The position numbers were made by a program, and so were the translations under genes. From NCBI GenBank assembly GCA_965231145.1, contig OZ246420.1, positions 720,001 to 752,000 on the forward strand: DNA of 32,000 nt, written 5' to 3'. This document shows positions 1 through 9,867 of this stretch, piece after piece. Below the pieces are notes generated by a model. That model was not told the origin of the DNA and ran no database searches. It saw only the letters and a list, made by a program, of their open reading frames with translations. Position 1 is the stretch's first letter; every line of letters starts with the position of its first letter. This DNA is from Candidatus Saccharimonadota bacterium (GTDB taxonomy: Bacteria; Patescibacteriota; Gracilibacteria; Absconditabacterales; Absconditicoccaceae).

Positions 1-2
1 GA

Positions 3-125
3 AATGATGCTTCTAGAATAAAATTCTTCCAGTTGGCGCCTGATCTATGATATTGTATGTCTTTTATGTATGAATATGACTTAAAATCTATACAGGAGAC
101 AATTAATGACTTTATAAGTGATTAA
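3..125 (+). CDS. 3' end of an unidentified CDS entering from the left edge (partial)
   Basis: The frame is open from the window edge to TAA at 123-125, with one in-frame TGA read as Gly. No recognisable motif. Confidence 0.2.
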
Positions 126-141
126 TCTGTAAGGAGTATAT

Positions 142-339
142 TTATTCTTTTTCTAGTGGTCTTTGTGATTCTATTTTCAATCTCTTTTCTCTAGCTAATC
201 TCTCGTTTCTTAAAGCAGTATTTCGTTTCATCATCCAAGCATAATATTTAGGATCATTTTCTTTTGTGACACTCATAAATAGATTAAAAACTTCTGTTAA
301 TGCTTTTCATAAACCGTGGTCATCATCCTTCATATCCAT
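142..339 (-). CDS. Small hypothetical protein (65 aa, basic C-terminus)
   Basis: ATG at 337-339, TAA at 142-144, one TGA-Gly. Sequence MDMKDDDHGLGKALTEVF...ERLAREKRLKIESQRPLEKE. No family recognised. Confidence 0.3.
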
Positions 340-428
340 TTGTTATATAGCAATAAGATAAAAGGACATAATACATACTAATTTAAGTTAGTAAAGAAAT
401 TGCAAAGTAAGGCATTAATCTTATATTG

Positions 429-446
429 ACGTAAATTTAATTACGT
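429..446 (+). promoter_or_regulatory. Palindrome ACGTAA-N6-TTACGT overlapping a TTGACG -35-like hexamer upstream of the ATPase gene
   Basis: Perfect 6-bp arms read directly from the sequence, 13 nt upstream of the ATG at 459. A promoter or operator role is only inferred. Confidence 0.2.
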
Positions 447-458
447 TATTTTATAGAT

Positions 459-2435
459 ATGTGAAGTATAATTAAGGAAAATAGTCCTTATATCCCTAGA
501 TTAATAGGAATATATTTTGCAGAACCTTATAAAAGATTTGATAGATGAACAATTATCAATTTATCGCAAGATTATAATATTAGTAAAACTCCTCAATGAA
601 ATGAATTTAGTGAATTTGATACTTCAAATTCTATTGATTTGTATGTGGAAGAAGAATTATGAGCAATAGTATTAAACATAGAAAAAACATTTAAAGATAC
701 ATTTGGAAGAGTTTTATCTAACGCTATTGAATGATATTCAAATAATATTTCCACAAGAGCTATAATATGAGATAATTGAGCGGGGAAATCAACTATTTTA
801 GAACTTATAGAAGGATTTTATAAAACAGTTAGTCGTAAAATTATTGCTGATTCAATTAATGAATTAAGAGAAGGTTTGGGTTATGTTAATTCTATTATTC
901 CAGGCATAGTTTTTATAATCGTATGTAAAGATATTAAATGAAAAATAAGACATAAATTAGTAAATCTAACAAGAACTCAAGGTATATTAAGCTCTAAGAA
1001 TGAACTTAAATCAATCATTTTAGAAAATTATGATTTGTTAGGATCAGTATTAACGGATCATTTACATATTTGTAAAAACAAAGAGGATGCCGTACCAGTA
1101 ATAAATTTACGCTTACCTAACTTTTCACGTAAAAGTTGAAGAGAAAACATTATACCTTACTGGAACTCTTTAACTATATTTCTCTTTAATCTCATTAAGG
1201 AAGATAATGTTGAAACGTTCTTTCCAAATAACGAAGAAGCAAATTTATTAAATTGATATTTTCTTACAATATATCAATATTTAATAGAAAATAAGATCCC
1301 TAAAGAATCGATAATCTTCTTTTTCCTTTTTTATCATTTAGGATCTTTTGAATATGTGTCTCGCAAAGACTTAAAATATGATCCTCAAAGTGAAGAATAT
1401 AAACAAGTAATATTAGCCCATCAGATTACTATAGATATATATAAAGAAATTGCTCAAAAACATAAATCTACAGAGTATAATGATATAATTTCTAAATTGC
1501 TGTCATTAATAAATGCTTATCAAGATAGTCAAATAACTATTAGTGAAGTAGAAAGCAGAAAAGGATCTGATAGACTTGCGATTAATATGAAAGTTCCACT
1601 TTCTCCTGAATTAAAACTACCAAATATGTATAAATTCATTTTTGAAATCATACCCAAGCATTTAGTGAATGATTTAAAAGTTAGATCTATTCTAGAATAT
1701 AATTTAACTATTCCAATTGCGACTTTCCTTAATAATTTAACTAATATCGAAAACAATGAAACAAAGAAAGATCTATTAAAAGCCATTAAAAATCATTGGC
1801 TATTTACGGTAAATGTTAAATTGCAAACTCCCTCAGGGATACATTATCTCGACTCACTATCATCCTGAGAAAAACAAATGATATTACTTTTTTCTCGCAT
1901 AAAAAATAATATTTCTTCGTATTATGAGAACCCTATTAAAGATGAAGAAAACCAAAAGACATTGCCACATTTGATACTGCTTTTAGACGAGCCTGAAAAT
2001 TCATTACATTTGGAGTGGCAAAGAAAATTTATATATATGTTTCTTAGTAATCTATCATACTTTATTAAGTCTTATAATGTCGAATATATCAGTATTTTTA
2101 TCGCCACACATTCGCCATTTATCATTGGAGATATTCATAAAGATAATATAGTGTTTTTGAGCAGAAAGGTATCCGAATGAGATATAGCCTCATTTTCTCT
2201 TGTAAAAGACCGAGACTCATTAGCTAAGGATAGTAAAATACTAATTGATAATACATTTCTGTGAAATATACCCGAGCTCATAAAATGAGCTTTCTTTTTG
2301 TCGAAACCTTATGGAGAACTATGAGAAAGATTTTTGGAAAATGTCGCAAAGAATAAGCAATTTACACCAGAAGAACTAAAAGCAATCTGTTGAGATGATT
2401 ATTTAATGGAATATCTTTTAATGAAATTTAAATAA
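459..2435 (+). CDS. ABC/AAA_21-type ATPase, Septu PtuA-like (658 aa under table 25)
   Basis: One frame joins track ORFs 1356..1868 and 1878..2180 across about 16 TGA codons. Walker A is II-G-DN-G-AGKST, with TGA at 768-770 and 777-779. ABC signature is LSS-G-EKQ, with TGA at 1866-1868. Walker B is LILLLDEPENSLH and the H-loop is ATHSPFI. TAA at 2433-2435. Confidence 0.85.
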
Positions 2436-2436
2436 T

Positions 2437-3333
2437 ATGATAAGATTGAATGACATTCTCGAAAACATCTTAGATACATACTGAGAAAGTGTGGATAATT
2501 TAACTAATCCTCGCCAATTTCACACATATAAAAATTATCTACAAAACTTAAATACAATAAGCTGAAATATTCAAAAGATTATATTAGAAGAAATAGCCTT
2601 AAATAATGTGCTCGCTGAATATAATAATAGCCAGAATGGTAATCTTTTCTATTATAAGAATAACGTTCGATTTTTTATTAAGAAAAGAGTATTTAAAGAA
2701 AAGTTATATGATCAATTTAAGGTATGTCCTTATTGTGGAAAGATCCCTTTTACCCCTACAAGAGAAACAGTCATATCGTGCCATTTAGATCACTTTTTTA
2801 AGAAAGAAGATTATAATAGTTTAATGTTAGATCCATATAATTTAGTTCCTTGTTGCCAAACTTGTAATTGACCAAGTGGTAAATGATCAAGAGACTTTGG
2901 AAACTGATTATTTTTTCATCCGTATTTATGACGATTTAAACGTGAAGGAGATAATACATTTATATTTCTAGAATTATGAAGTAATTGTTTTGATACTACT
3001 TTTGAGTTTAACTACGATTATATAAAGAATAATATTCGGTCATTAGTAGATAATGCACTAAATAAGAGCCTATCTATTGATTTAAATGAGCATATTAAAT
3101 TCTTTTGATTGAATAGTATATATGACTCAGAAGATACTGCTAATGATTACCTCAATTTCAATAACCTAAAAGATATAATATTAAGTAGACCGAATAGTGA
3201 AAGAATAGATAGTTTACAACAGATATTTAAAAATCGAGCTCCGATAACAAGAGATGAGATATTAAAATATGTTAACGGGAAAATGAAAAAAGACTTAGTA
3301 GACAGGCTAAAGAAGGACATCAACGGAACTTAA
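2437..3333 (+). CDS. HNH endonuclease, Septu PtuB-like (298 aa)
   Basis: Starts 1 nt after the ATPase stop. Joins track ORFs 2608..2871 and 3109..3333 across 8 TGA. HNH motif is CPYCG...SCHLDHFFKKEDY...YNLVPCCQTCN-G-PSGK. Confidence 0.8.
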
Positions 3334-3495
3334 TATACTATCTATATAGATAGTATTAAAAAGTTGTAAAAAAGATCCTTTAAAGGTTTAATTTCTATAG
3401 ATGATAACTTAGTAAAATAAGTCCTAAAGTAGTTGCTTTTAAGTGTCAATAAAGTAAGGTTAACTTATTTATAATTATTTCTTTTAATATAAAGT

Positions 3496-3945
3496 ATGGA
3501 ATTATCGCAAGATCAAGCTAATCTTCTTATTCAAAAGCCGAAAGTTTTTAAAGAAGCAAGTGATATTGTTCTCTGAGATAACAGACGGACAAGAGAAATA
3601 ATTTCTGAAGATGGACATGATTTATTTCTACTAGATTACTATAAGTCATCTATAGTTTCTGCAAAATTTTCTTATAACAACAGATATAATACAAGCGTTG
3701 TTTTATTTAGATACTGCTCTAATGCGATCCATACTAATCCACAGAATGCTTGATGAGAGACATTTAAATGACCCCATATACATTTCTATAATGAAACTTA
3801 TTGAGACAAAATTGCATCACCAGTTAGCGATATATGAATAGAAAAAGGGAAAGAAAATGATATTATATATGTACTACAAAAGATTATTGCTTATCTTCAT
3901 ATAAATAATAACCCTAATATACAAGCAGGAATGTTTAACGTTTAA
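3496..3945 (+). CDS. Small uncharacterised protein with an H-x-N-P ... G-P-H-x-H motif (149 aa)
   Basis: ATG 3496, TAA 3943-3945, 6 TGA-Gly. Motif IHTNPQNAGGETFKGPHIHFYNETYGDKIASP resembles a DUF-type family I recall (HxNPDG...PHxHxY.EGYGDKWA). I cannot verify the accession. Confidence 0.6.
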
Positions 3946-3967
3946 CGTTTAATTTTTAATAAATAAT

Positions 3968-4741
3968 ATGTTCTGAGAAAAAGTTCTAGAGCAGTATCTA
4001 GCGCGAATTAAAGACAATACAGTAATTCAGAACTCAAATACTTATTCTGAAATAATTACCCCTTTCCTTGATAACTCTAATGACCATATATGAATATATG
4101 CAACTAAAGAAAATGATAATATAAAGTTGTCAGATGATGGACAAACTATTAATGGCTTGATATTTAATGGGGTAAATATTTCCGATAAAAAGTCGGCTAT
4201 CATTACAAATATATTAAATGTATTTTGAGTAAAATATGATGAACATACAGGACAAATTTATACTTCTGGAACAATAGATAATATTTGAAAAAAGAAACAC
4301 TATCTCTTACAAGCGATTGTTGCAATAAATGATATGTATTTATTATCTAGGAATAATATTTTTTCATTTTTTAAAGAAGAGGTAGATCTTTACTTTAAAG
4401 AGAACTGAATTATTTATACAAAAGACATAAAGTTAACAGGAAAGTCTTGATTAGATTATAATATAGATTTTGTCTGTCCTAAATATAAAGATAAAAAAGA
4501 AACCCTAATTAAAGTCGTAAACAAGCCTAAAAAAGATAATATTATAATATCTATAGGAACTTTTACAGATATCATTTCTAACAGAACTGATATTGATACA
4601 AATCAGCTACTAATTTATAATGATGATGAAGGAAAGTTATCTGAGGAACATAAAAATGCTCTTGCAAAGTATTCAATTGTGTCTTTATGACGAAGTCAAA
4701 AAGATTTAATTAAACAATACGTTGGACTTGTTAATTCATAA
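3968..4741 (+). CDS. DUF1828/DUF1829-like protein (257 aa)
   Basis: ATG 3968, TAA 4739-4741, 7 TGA-Gly. N-terminal ITPFLDNSNDHIGIYATKENDNIKLSDDGQTINGL matches the remembered DUF1828 pattern (TPFLD..ND.I.IY....I.LSDDG.T). C-terminal G-K-S-G-LDYNIDFV...ETLIKVVNKP fits DUF1829. Confidence 0.65.
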
Positions 4742-4761
4742 ATTATAGTTTATTTATAAAG

Positions 4762-4795
4762 TAATCTCAGTCTTTTGACTAAGATTATTTTTTTA
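4762..4795 (+). terminator. Rho-independent terminator after the 3968..4741 gene
   Basis: 11-bp stem taatctcagtc/gactaagatta with one mismatch, loop tttt, followed by a T7 run. Confidence 0.6.
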
Positions 4796-4796
4796 T

Positions 4797-5017
4797 TAGA
4801 AGGGGGATAGATGCACCCCTTTAGACAAATGAGTGCATTACCCTACGTCATCCAATGTCGTGGGGGTAAAGAAAGGAATGTAGGTATTAAGCCAAAAATA
4901 GCATATGGGGGGACGACAAAAGACGATCAAACGGCACGACAAAATAGTGTATCTAGAAAAAATATCCGTCTACTATTTAGGTACTTTTTTGACAATGGCT
5001 TATGAAAGCCGTTTTTG
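4797..5017 (+). ncRNA. Candidate structured non-coding element (unknown class; alternatively a single-strand replication origin)
   Basis: A locally G+C-rich patch in AT-rich DNA. Hairpins at 4800-4805/4816-4821 and 4841-4847/4859-4865; the second contains a T-G pair, which favours the + strand. Loop ATGCAC (4811-4816) is complementary to GTGCAT (4833-4838). Stem aaatagt/actattt. Terminal hairpin ggctt-atga-aagcc plus T-run at 4997-5016. The overlapping track ORF 4811..5005 has an R/G/P-rich composition unlike the other proteins here. Confidence 0.3.
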
Positions 5018-5184
5018 TGTTTTGAACACCTAAAAAGTAGCCTTATTTTAGTTCAAATGTAGTAGGTAGGTAGTAGGAGATCGTCTTTAGAGTGCTCTAA
5101 ATAAAAAACGTCCTTTTTGAATTAGATATTGAAACATTGGGAAAAAAGTATTAATAGAGTGTCATTTATTCTGGAAACAGGATT

Positions 5185-5370
5185 ATGACGCTTACATATA
5201 AAAAGCCCAAGATCATAAGGAAAAATACAAAGAAGGAGGATATTCCTGTGCTTTTTAGAATTGTGGCGTCAAAAGAAAAACCTACTTCTAAATATCCAGT
5301 CGGAGAGTTTCTAGATAAGTTCGTTAAGATGATAGAATATTGAAACTTAAGTGATGATGACGACGATTAA
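5185..5370 (+). CDS. Small hypothetical protein (61 aa, acidic DDDDD tail)
   Basis: ATG 5185, TAA 5368-5370, one TGA-Gly, followed by a terminator. No family recognised. Confidence 0.35.
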
Positions 5371-5406
5371 GAATAAAATATTGATACTCACAAGAATAAA
5401 ACTATA

Positions 5407-5439
5407 GTTAGTCTGCCTTGCAAGCACGACTAACTTTTT
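5407..5439 (+). terminator. Rho-independent terminator
   Basis: Stem gttagtc/gactaac encloses the palindrome cttgcaag and is followed by ttttt. Confidence 0.5.
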
Positions 5440-5484
5440 AGTCAGCTCAAAATACACACTCAAGCAATTGAGAAATTTTCCTTA

Positions 5485-5576
5485 TACGGTCAAAAAAGGA
5501 GGTATAGCTACCTACCGAAGACCGTAAAAGGAATTTGGGCGCTTGCAAGGCGTAGTGGTTATGCCTCCCTTTTTTA
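5485..5576 (+). promoter_or_regulatory. Structured leader or small RNA ending in a terminator-like stem plus T-run, directly upstream of the 5591 gene
   Basis: Stems tacggtc (5485-5491)/gaccgta (5520-5526) and ggta/tacc. A long-range stem ggaggtata (5498-5506)/tatgcctcc (5560-5568) with one T-G pair is followed by cttttttatt. An A9 tract and the ATG come next. Confidence 0.3.
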
Positions 5577-5590
5577 TTATTCAAAAAAAA

Positions 5591-6874
5591 ATGCAGATGT
5601 CTCTTACTCACAAATTAGGTCTTTGGGGAAGTCTTGGAAAACTAGAAATAGTAAACGAAAGATTAATATTTACTCCGCCAGCAAAAGGCGTAGAGGCGTT
5701 TACTATCAAACTAGATGATCTAGATGTAATAGATTTACAAAAAACATCTTGGGTAAATTACTCCTTAAGACTGGTTACTAAGTGAGATAAGATTTATAAT
5801 ATACCTAAGCTTGATAAAAAGAACGGGGAAATGGCTTTGTCTCGGATTGAAAATCACTCAAAAGCTAAGATTGATACAAAAGACGAGCAAACCCAAGCAA
5901 CGACAAAAAATGTTCTATCTCAACCTAAAAAAGAACCAACGGAAGAAGATAAAATAGGGCTCCATAATTTTGGCTTATGGTTTGCTGTTATTGTTATATT
6001 TTTGATATGATCTGTATTAGATAATCTGATGATGATCCTGTTATTTGTCCCAATTCTTGGAGTGTGGGCTACTAAGACTATGAAGACTAAAGATCTAAGT
6101 ATGATACAAAGGCTAAAATCCCTTAAATCGTATAAAGCGAGATACATAATATCAATCATATTATTGCTTTTTTGTGGGGCTATGGTTCAGGGTAAAATAG
6201 CGACGCTAAATGAAAATCCACCGGAAATAGAAGCAGTAGGAGGAGAGAATATTGATCTTGGCACTTGAGCCGACTATCAGTTATCATTAAACATAAAAGA
6301 TACTAAGAGCCTTACTATTAATGGGCAGAAAATAACCGTTTCAGGGGATAAAATTACTAAGGAGTATAATTTAAGTAATACCACCTGATTAACTGTACAT
6401 ATCGTTGGTAAAAATACAGTTAAAACGACTGAAAAGACTATTACTGTAATAAGAAGTCTTTCTGAAAGTGAATTAGCGAAGATCAAAGCAGATGAAGACG
6501 CCAGACTAAAGGTTGAGGCAGAAGCAAAAGCACAGGCAGAAGAAGCAAGAAAAAAAGAAGAGGTATATAAAAATTCGCCTGAATATAAAGCAGTGCAACA
6601 GCAATTGAAACTAGACCAAGCTCTTAAAGATCATAGTTCTGATATGAAATATATGTGTACTGAATGAGTTAAACTTATGCTTAAAGCACCTAGCACGGCA
6701 GACTTTCCTTCTATTAGTAAGTTCAGATATGGCGTAGTAAAAAAACAACTCCTAGTTCAATCTTACGTAGATAGTCAAAATGGGTTTGGAGCACAAATTA
6801 GAACTAAATTCATATGCTATTTTGATTTAAGGGAAGACGACATTGTAATAGTAGATATAAAATTTGATAACTAA
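5591..6874 (+). CDS. Membrane protein (427 aa): N-terminal cytoplasmic domain, 2 TM helices, coiled coil, C-terminal PSTADFP...DSQNGFG...R.KF.C domain
   Basis: Joins track ORFs 5543..5785, 6029..6268 and 6677..6874 across TGA codons. TM segments are GLWFAVIVIFLIGSVL and MMILLFVPILGVWA. Lys/Glu/Ala-rich coil KADEDARLKVEAEAKAQAEEARKKEE. The C-terminal domain is shared with the 25387..25854 product. Confidence 0.75.
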
Positions 6875-6979
6875 GTAAGATGTTCGATAAATCTATTTTA
6901 GAGTCATATTCAAGTTAAAATACTTGAACATTTTCTCGATTTCAGTATATACCTAGATATTTACGACTAATTACTTCAT

Positions 6980-8815
6980 ATGAAAAAAGAAGTAGTCAAA
7001 AACTATAAGAGGCAATATGTCATTTATTGCAGAAGATCTTCTGATGAGGCGTCAGGACAACAAATACAGTCTATTCCCGATCAGATCAAGAAATGTATAG
7101 AATATGCTAAAAATAATGATCTTGAGATAGCGTTAAAGCCTAAAGATTTTCCTTTTGAAACAGAAGAAGACCTAAAGAAAGAAGATTTAGAACCTGATCT
7201 AGCATCGAGACAACTATACTTAGATACAAGGCATCTATTTATTATCAAAGAAAGTGAGACAGCGAAAATCCCATATAAGAGGACAAAACGAAGGGGGCTA
7301 ATCGTAATGATAGGGAAGGAGAAAAGTGTACAATGATTATTAAGTTATAGCCCTGATAGGCAAGCAAGAAATATGCTGGAAGGAGGAGAACTTATTAATT
7401 TTGTGGATAAAGAAAATAAGGAATTGGACTTTGATCTTAAGTATACGAATTTTCATTTTGAACCTACAGCTTCGGGCAAGATGATGTTAGGCATTTAGTT
7501 TGTTTTCTCAAAACAGTATTCAGATAAGCTTTCGGAAGATATTAATAGAGGAAAAGAAAGTGCAGTACTGAAAGGTAAATCACAAGGAAGATATAAATAC
7601 TGATATACAAGAGATGAAAAAACAGGTAAGTATATACCTTCGGAAAGATATTTTGAATTAATGAAAAGAGCTTTTGAAATGAAGCTATACGAGAACAAAA
7701 GCGATGAATATATAGCTGAATGGCTTAATGAAATGGGATTTAATAGGGAAACGCTTAATACAAGTAAGTCTGTAAATGATAAGGCATTACATAGAGTGCG
7801 GGTTAATCCTTTCTATTACTGAATGTATATTGAAGGAGAAACGATAACAGATCTTCGTAATGATGAAGATTTTAAACCAATGATTACCGAAGAAGAACAT
7901 ACTATCCTTCTTGAGAGGTATAATAAGCTCTTTGAACGTTTAATGCCAAAAGAAATAAAAAAAGAAAATGAAGAGTTAATGCCGTTACCTAGATGATTTG
8001 TAAGAAATGAAAAATGAGATAGCTTTGCTTTTTATGTGGTTACAAAAGCGAGGTTTCTTAAGAAGTTAGAGAAGATACATCAAACAGATCCTAGCGTTAC
8101 TTTAAAGGATATTGTTAGCACTCATCATATAAGATTTAGAGACACTAACAAAGCCTCGAAGACTTATAATATGGAAATAGCATTTGATAGGATAGATAAA
8201 GCTATTATTAAATCACTTAGCCACCTTAAAATAAGCGATAAAGATTATCAAGAATATGTTAATTATAGAATTGAGGAACTAGATAAACTTAATAAGCAAA
8301 TGAAAGAGCAGTACAGCTTTATTCTTTTGCAACTAAATAGAAAAAAGTCTGAAAAAACTGAATATATGAAAAAGATGATGTGAAGAATCAAAAGAGATGA
8401 TGAACAAAAGATATATGAAAACCATCTAGATTTGCTCGATAGTCAGATAGCATGACTTCAACAGACGATGAACGCCGTTAATAATGAAGAAAGGGACAAA
8501 ATGAAGGAATTTGATGCCCTTGTACAAACCATGCAAAATGCAGTTAGGAAGTACTCAAACTCTACATATGTTCAAAAAAGAAAAATGATAGAATTAATGT
8601 TCTCGAACATAGTTGTAGATAAACAAAAAAGGCTTACCTTTGAGGCAAACCCTTGATTAGATGTCGTATTTAATAAGTTTTTAATGTCATCTGGAGATAA
8701 CTCTATTTTGTTAAACTCTTTTATGAGCGACCTCTACCAAAGGAGGTTCATCATTGGTCATATCTGTACTTTGCTACGCAAAAGCGAAAAATGAAGCAAG
8801 TTACTGATACAGTAG
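6980..8815 (+). pseudogene. Large serine recombinase with a single in-frame TAG (7496-7498)
   Basis: Catalytic N-terminus YVIYCRRSSDEASGQ. The frame continues through TGA codons and joins track ORFs 6980..7336, 8036..8383 and 8468..8656. The one TAG falls between ...GKMMLGI and FVFSKQYSDKLSEDINRGKE, inside the conserved resolvase-domain helix. The frame is otherwise open to TAG 8813-8815. Confidence 0.65.
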
Positions 8816-8893
8816 ACTACAAAAGGGATCTAAACAGAAAAGCAGAGTTAAATCTATATATAACGAATAAATCGCTCATAACATTATATCGTT

Positions 8894-9826
8894 ATGACAC
8901 AGACAAAGAATCCACAAGCACAGCTTGTAAGAAGAACATTAGCCAAGCTCGAAAAGAGTCAAAGGAACAAACGAGACTTTATTAGGTATTTAGAAGAGAG
9001 TAAATCCCCTCTTCTTAAACATACCATAAAAACGAATAGATTGAAAGAATGCGGAAACGTAGTAACTTTTCGCAAACACTTAGAGACAGGAGAAAAACAG
9101 CTACGTTCAGCTAACTTCTGTAAGTATGATAGAGTATGTATTGCTTGTGCTACCAAAAGAGCCATTGGTATGATTAAAAGGTTTGAGCAGGGAATAAAGG
9201 CTCAAAGTCTCTATGAGAAACACCGATACTATATTGTGCTGACCATCAAGCATAATGCATGAGATACTCTTGAAGATCTGATGGCGAAGCTATTGTCTTC
9301 TAAAGAGAAACTTGCAAGAAACTATAGAAACTCAAAAAGGGATGTTCAGAAGAGTAAAAGTTTCTTTACTGCTTTTGATGGCATGGTAATTTCTATTGAA
9401 GTAGCTCATAAGGGGAAAAATGGATGGCATCCACATATCAACATACTGGCTTGTAGCAGTAAAGAAATACCTATAAAACAGGGTATGCATTTAAGAGGTG
9501 ACGTCAATGAACAGCTTCAAAACGAATGGCTTCAAATTACCTGAGATAGCTTTATCCACAATATCCGTAAGATCAACGTAAAGAACGACTACTTTACGAG
9601 AAGCGGGATCGGTGAAGTCTTTAAGTATGCCATTAAGTTTTCTGACCTTACTGTATCACAATTAGCTACCATTATGGAGCTTCAGCAGAAATACCAGTAT
9701 CGTTTCTTCTCAACGTATGGGATTTTTAGAGGTTGGAAAGTGGAAAAAGTGGAACAGAAAAAAGGAGAATGGCATGAAGGTAGCTTTATTTATCAAGAAA
9801 GTATTTGATATAATCTAAAAAACTAG
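8894..9826 (+). CDS. Rolling-circle replication initiator, pC194/pUB110 (Rep_1)-type (310 aa)
   Basis: Motifs LKECGNVVTF...ANFCKYDRVCIACATKRA (Cys cluster), GWHPHINILA (HUH) and GEVFKYAIKFSD (catalytic Tyr). Three TGA-Gly join track ORFs 8894..9262 and 9281..9544. TAG at 9824-9826. Confidence 0.8.
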
Positions 9827-9843
9827 GAGATAATATCTCCTAG
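9823..9843. terminator. Perfect hairpin between the convergent Rep and CDF genes (candidate bidirectional terminator)
   Basis: ctaggagat-aat-atctcctag overlaps the Rep stop codon. A T-rich stretch follows on the + strand. Confidence 0.45.
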
Positions 9844-9867
9844 TTGCTTTGTTCTTAGCTTCATGCA

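Noticed and set aside
3933-3953. Tandem heptamer gtttaac x3 at the stop of the 3496 gene
   Set aside because: It is very short and AT-rich, and it simply spans the stop codon and a 22-nt intergenic spacer. Nothing suggests a function.
4811-5005. Track ORF MHPFRQMSALPYVIQCRGG... as a protein-coding gene
   Set aside because: Its R/G/P-rich composition is unlike the K/N/I/E-rich proteins here. It coincides with a G+C-rich multi-hairpin segment and a terminator, so I favour a non-coding element. This is not proven.
7041-7048. CTGATGAG hammerhead-ribozyme core (also near 17026 and 17413)
   Set aside because: There is no matching GAAA/CGAAAC core or helix I/III pairing nearby, and all occurrences sit inside coding frames.
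8791-8985. Track ORF 8791..8985 as an alternative or upstream start of the Rep gene
   Set aside because: It is in a different frame from the conserved Rep motifs. The Rep frame opens at ATG 8894.
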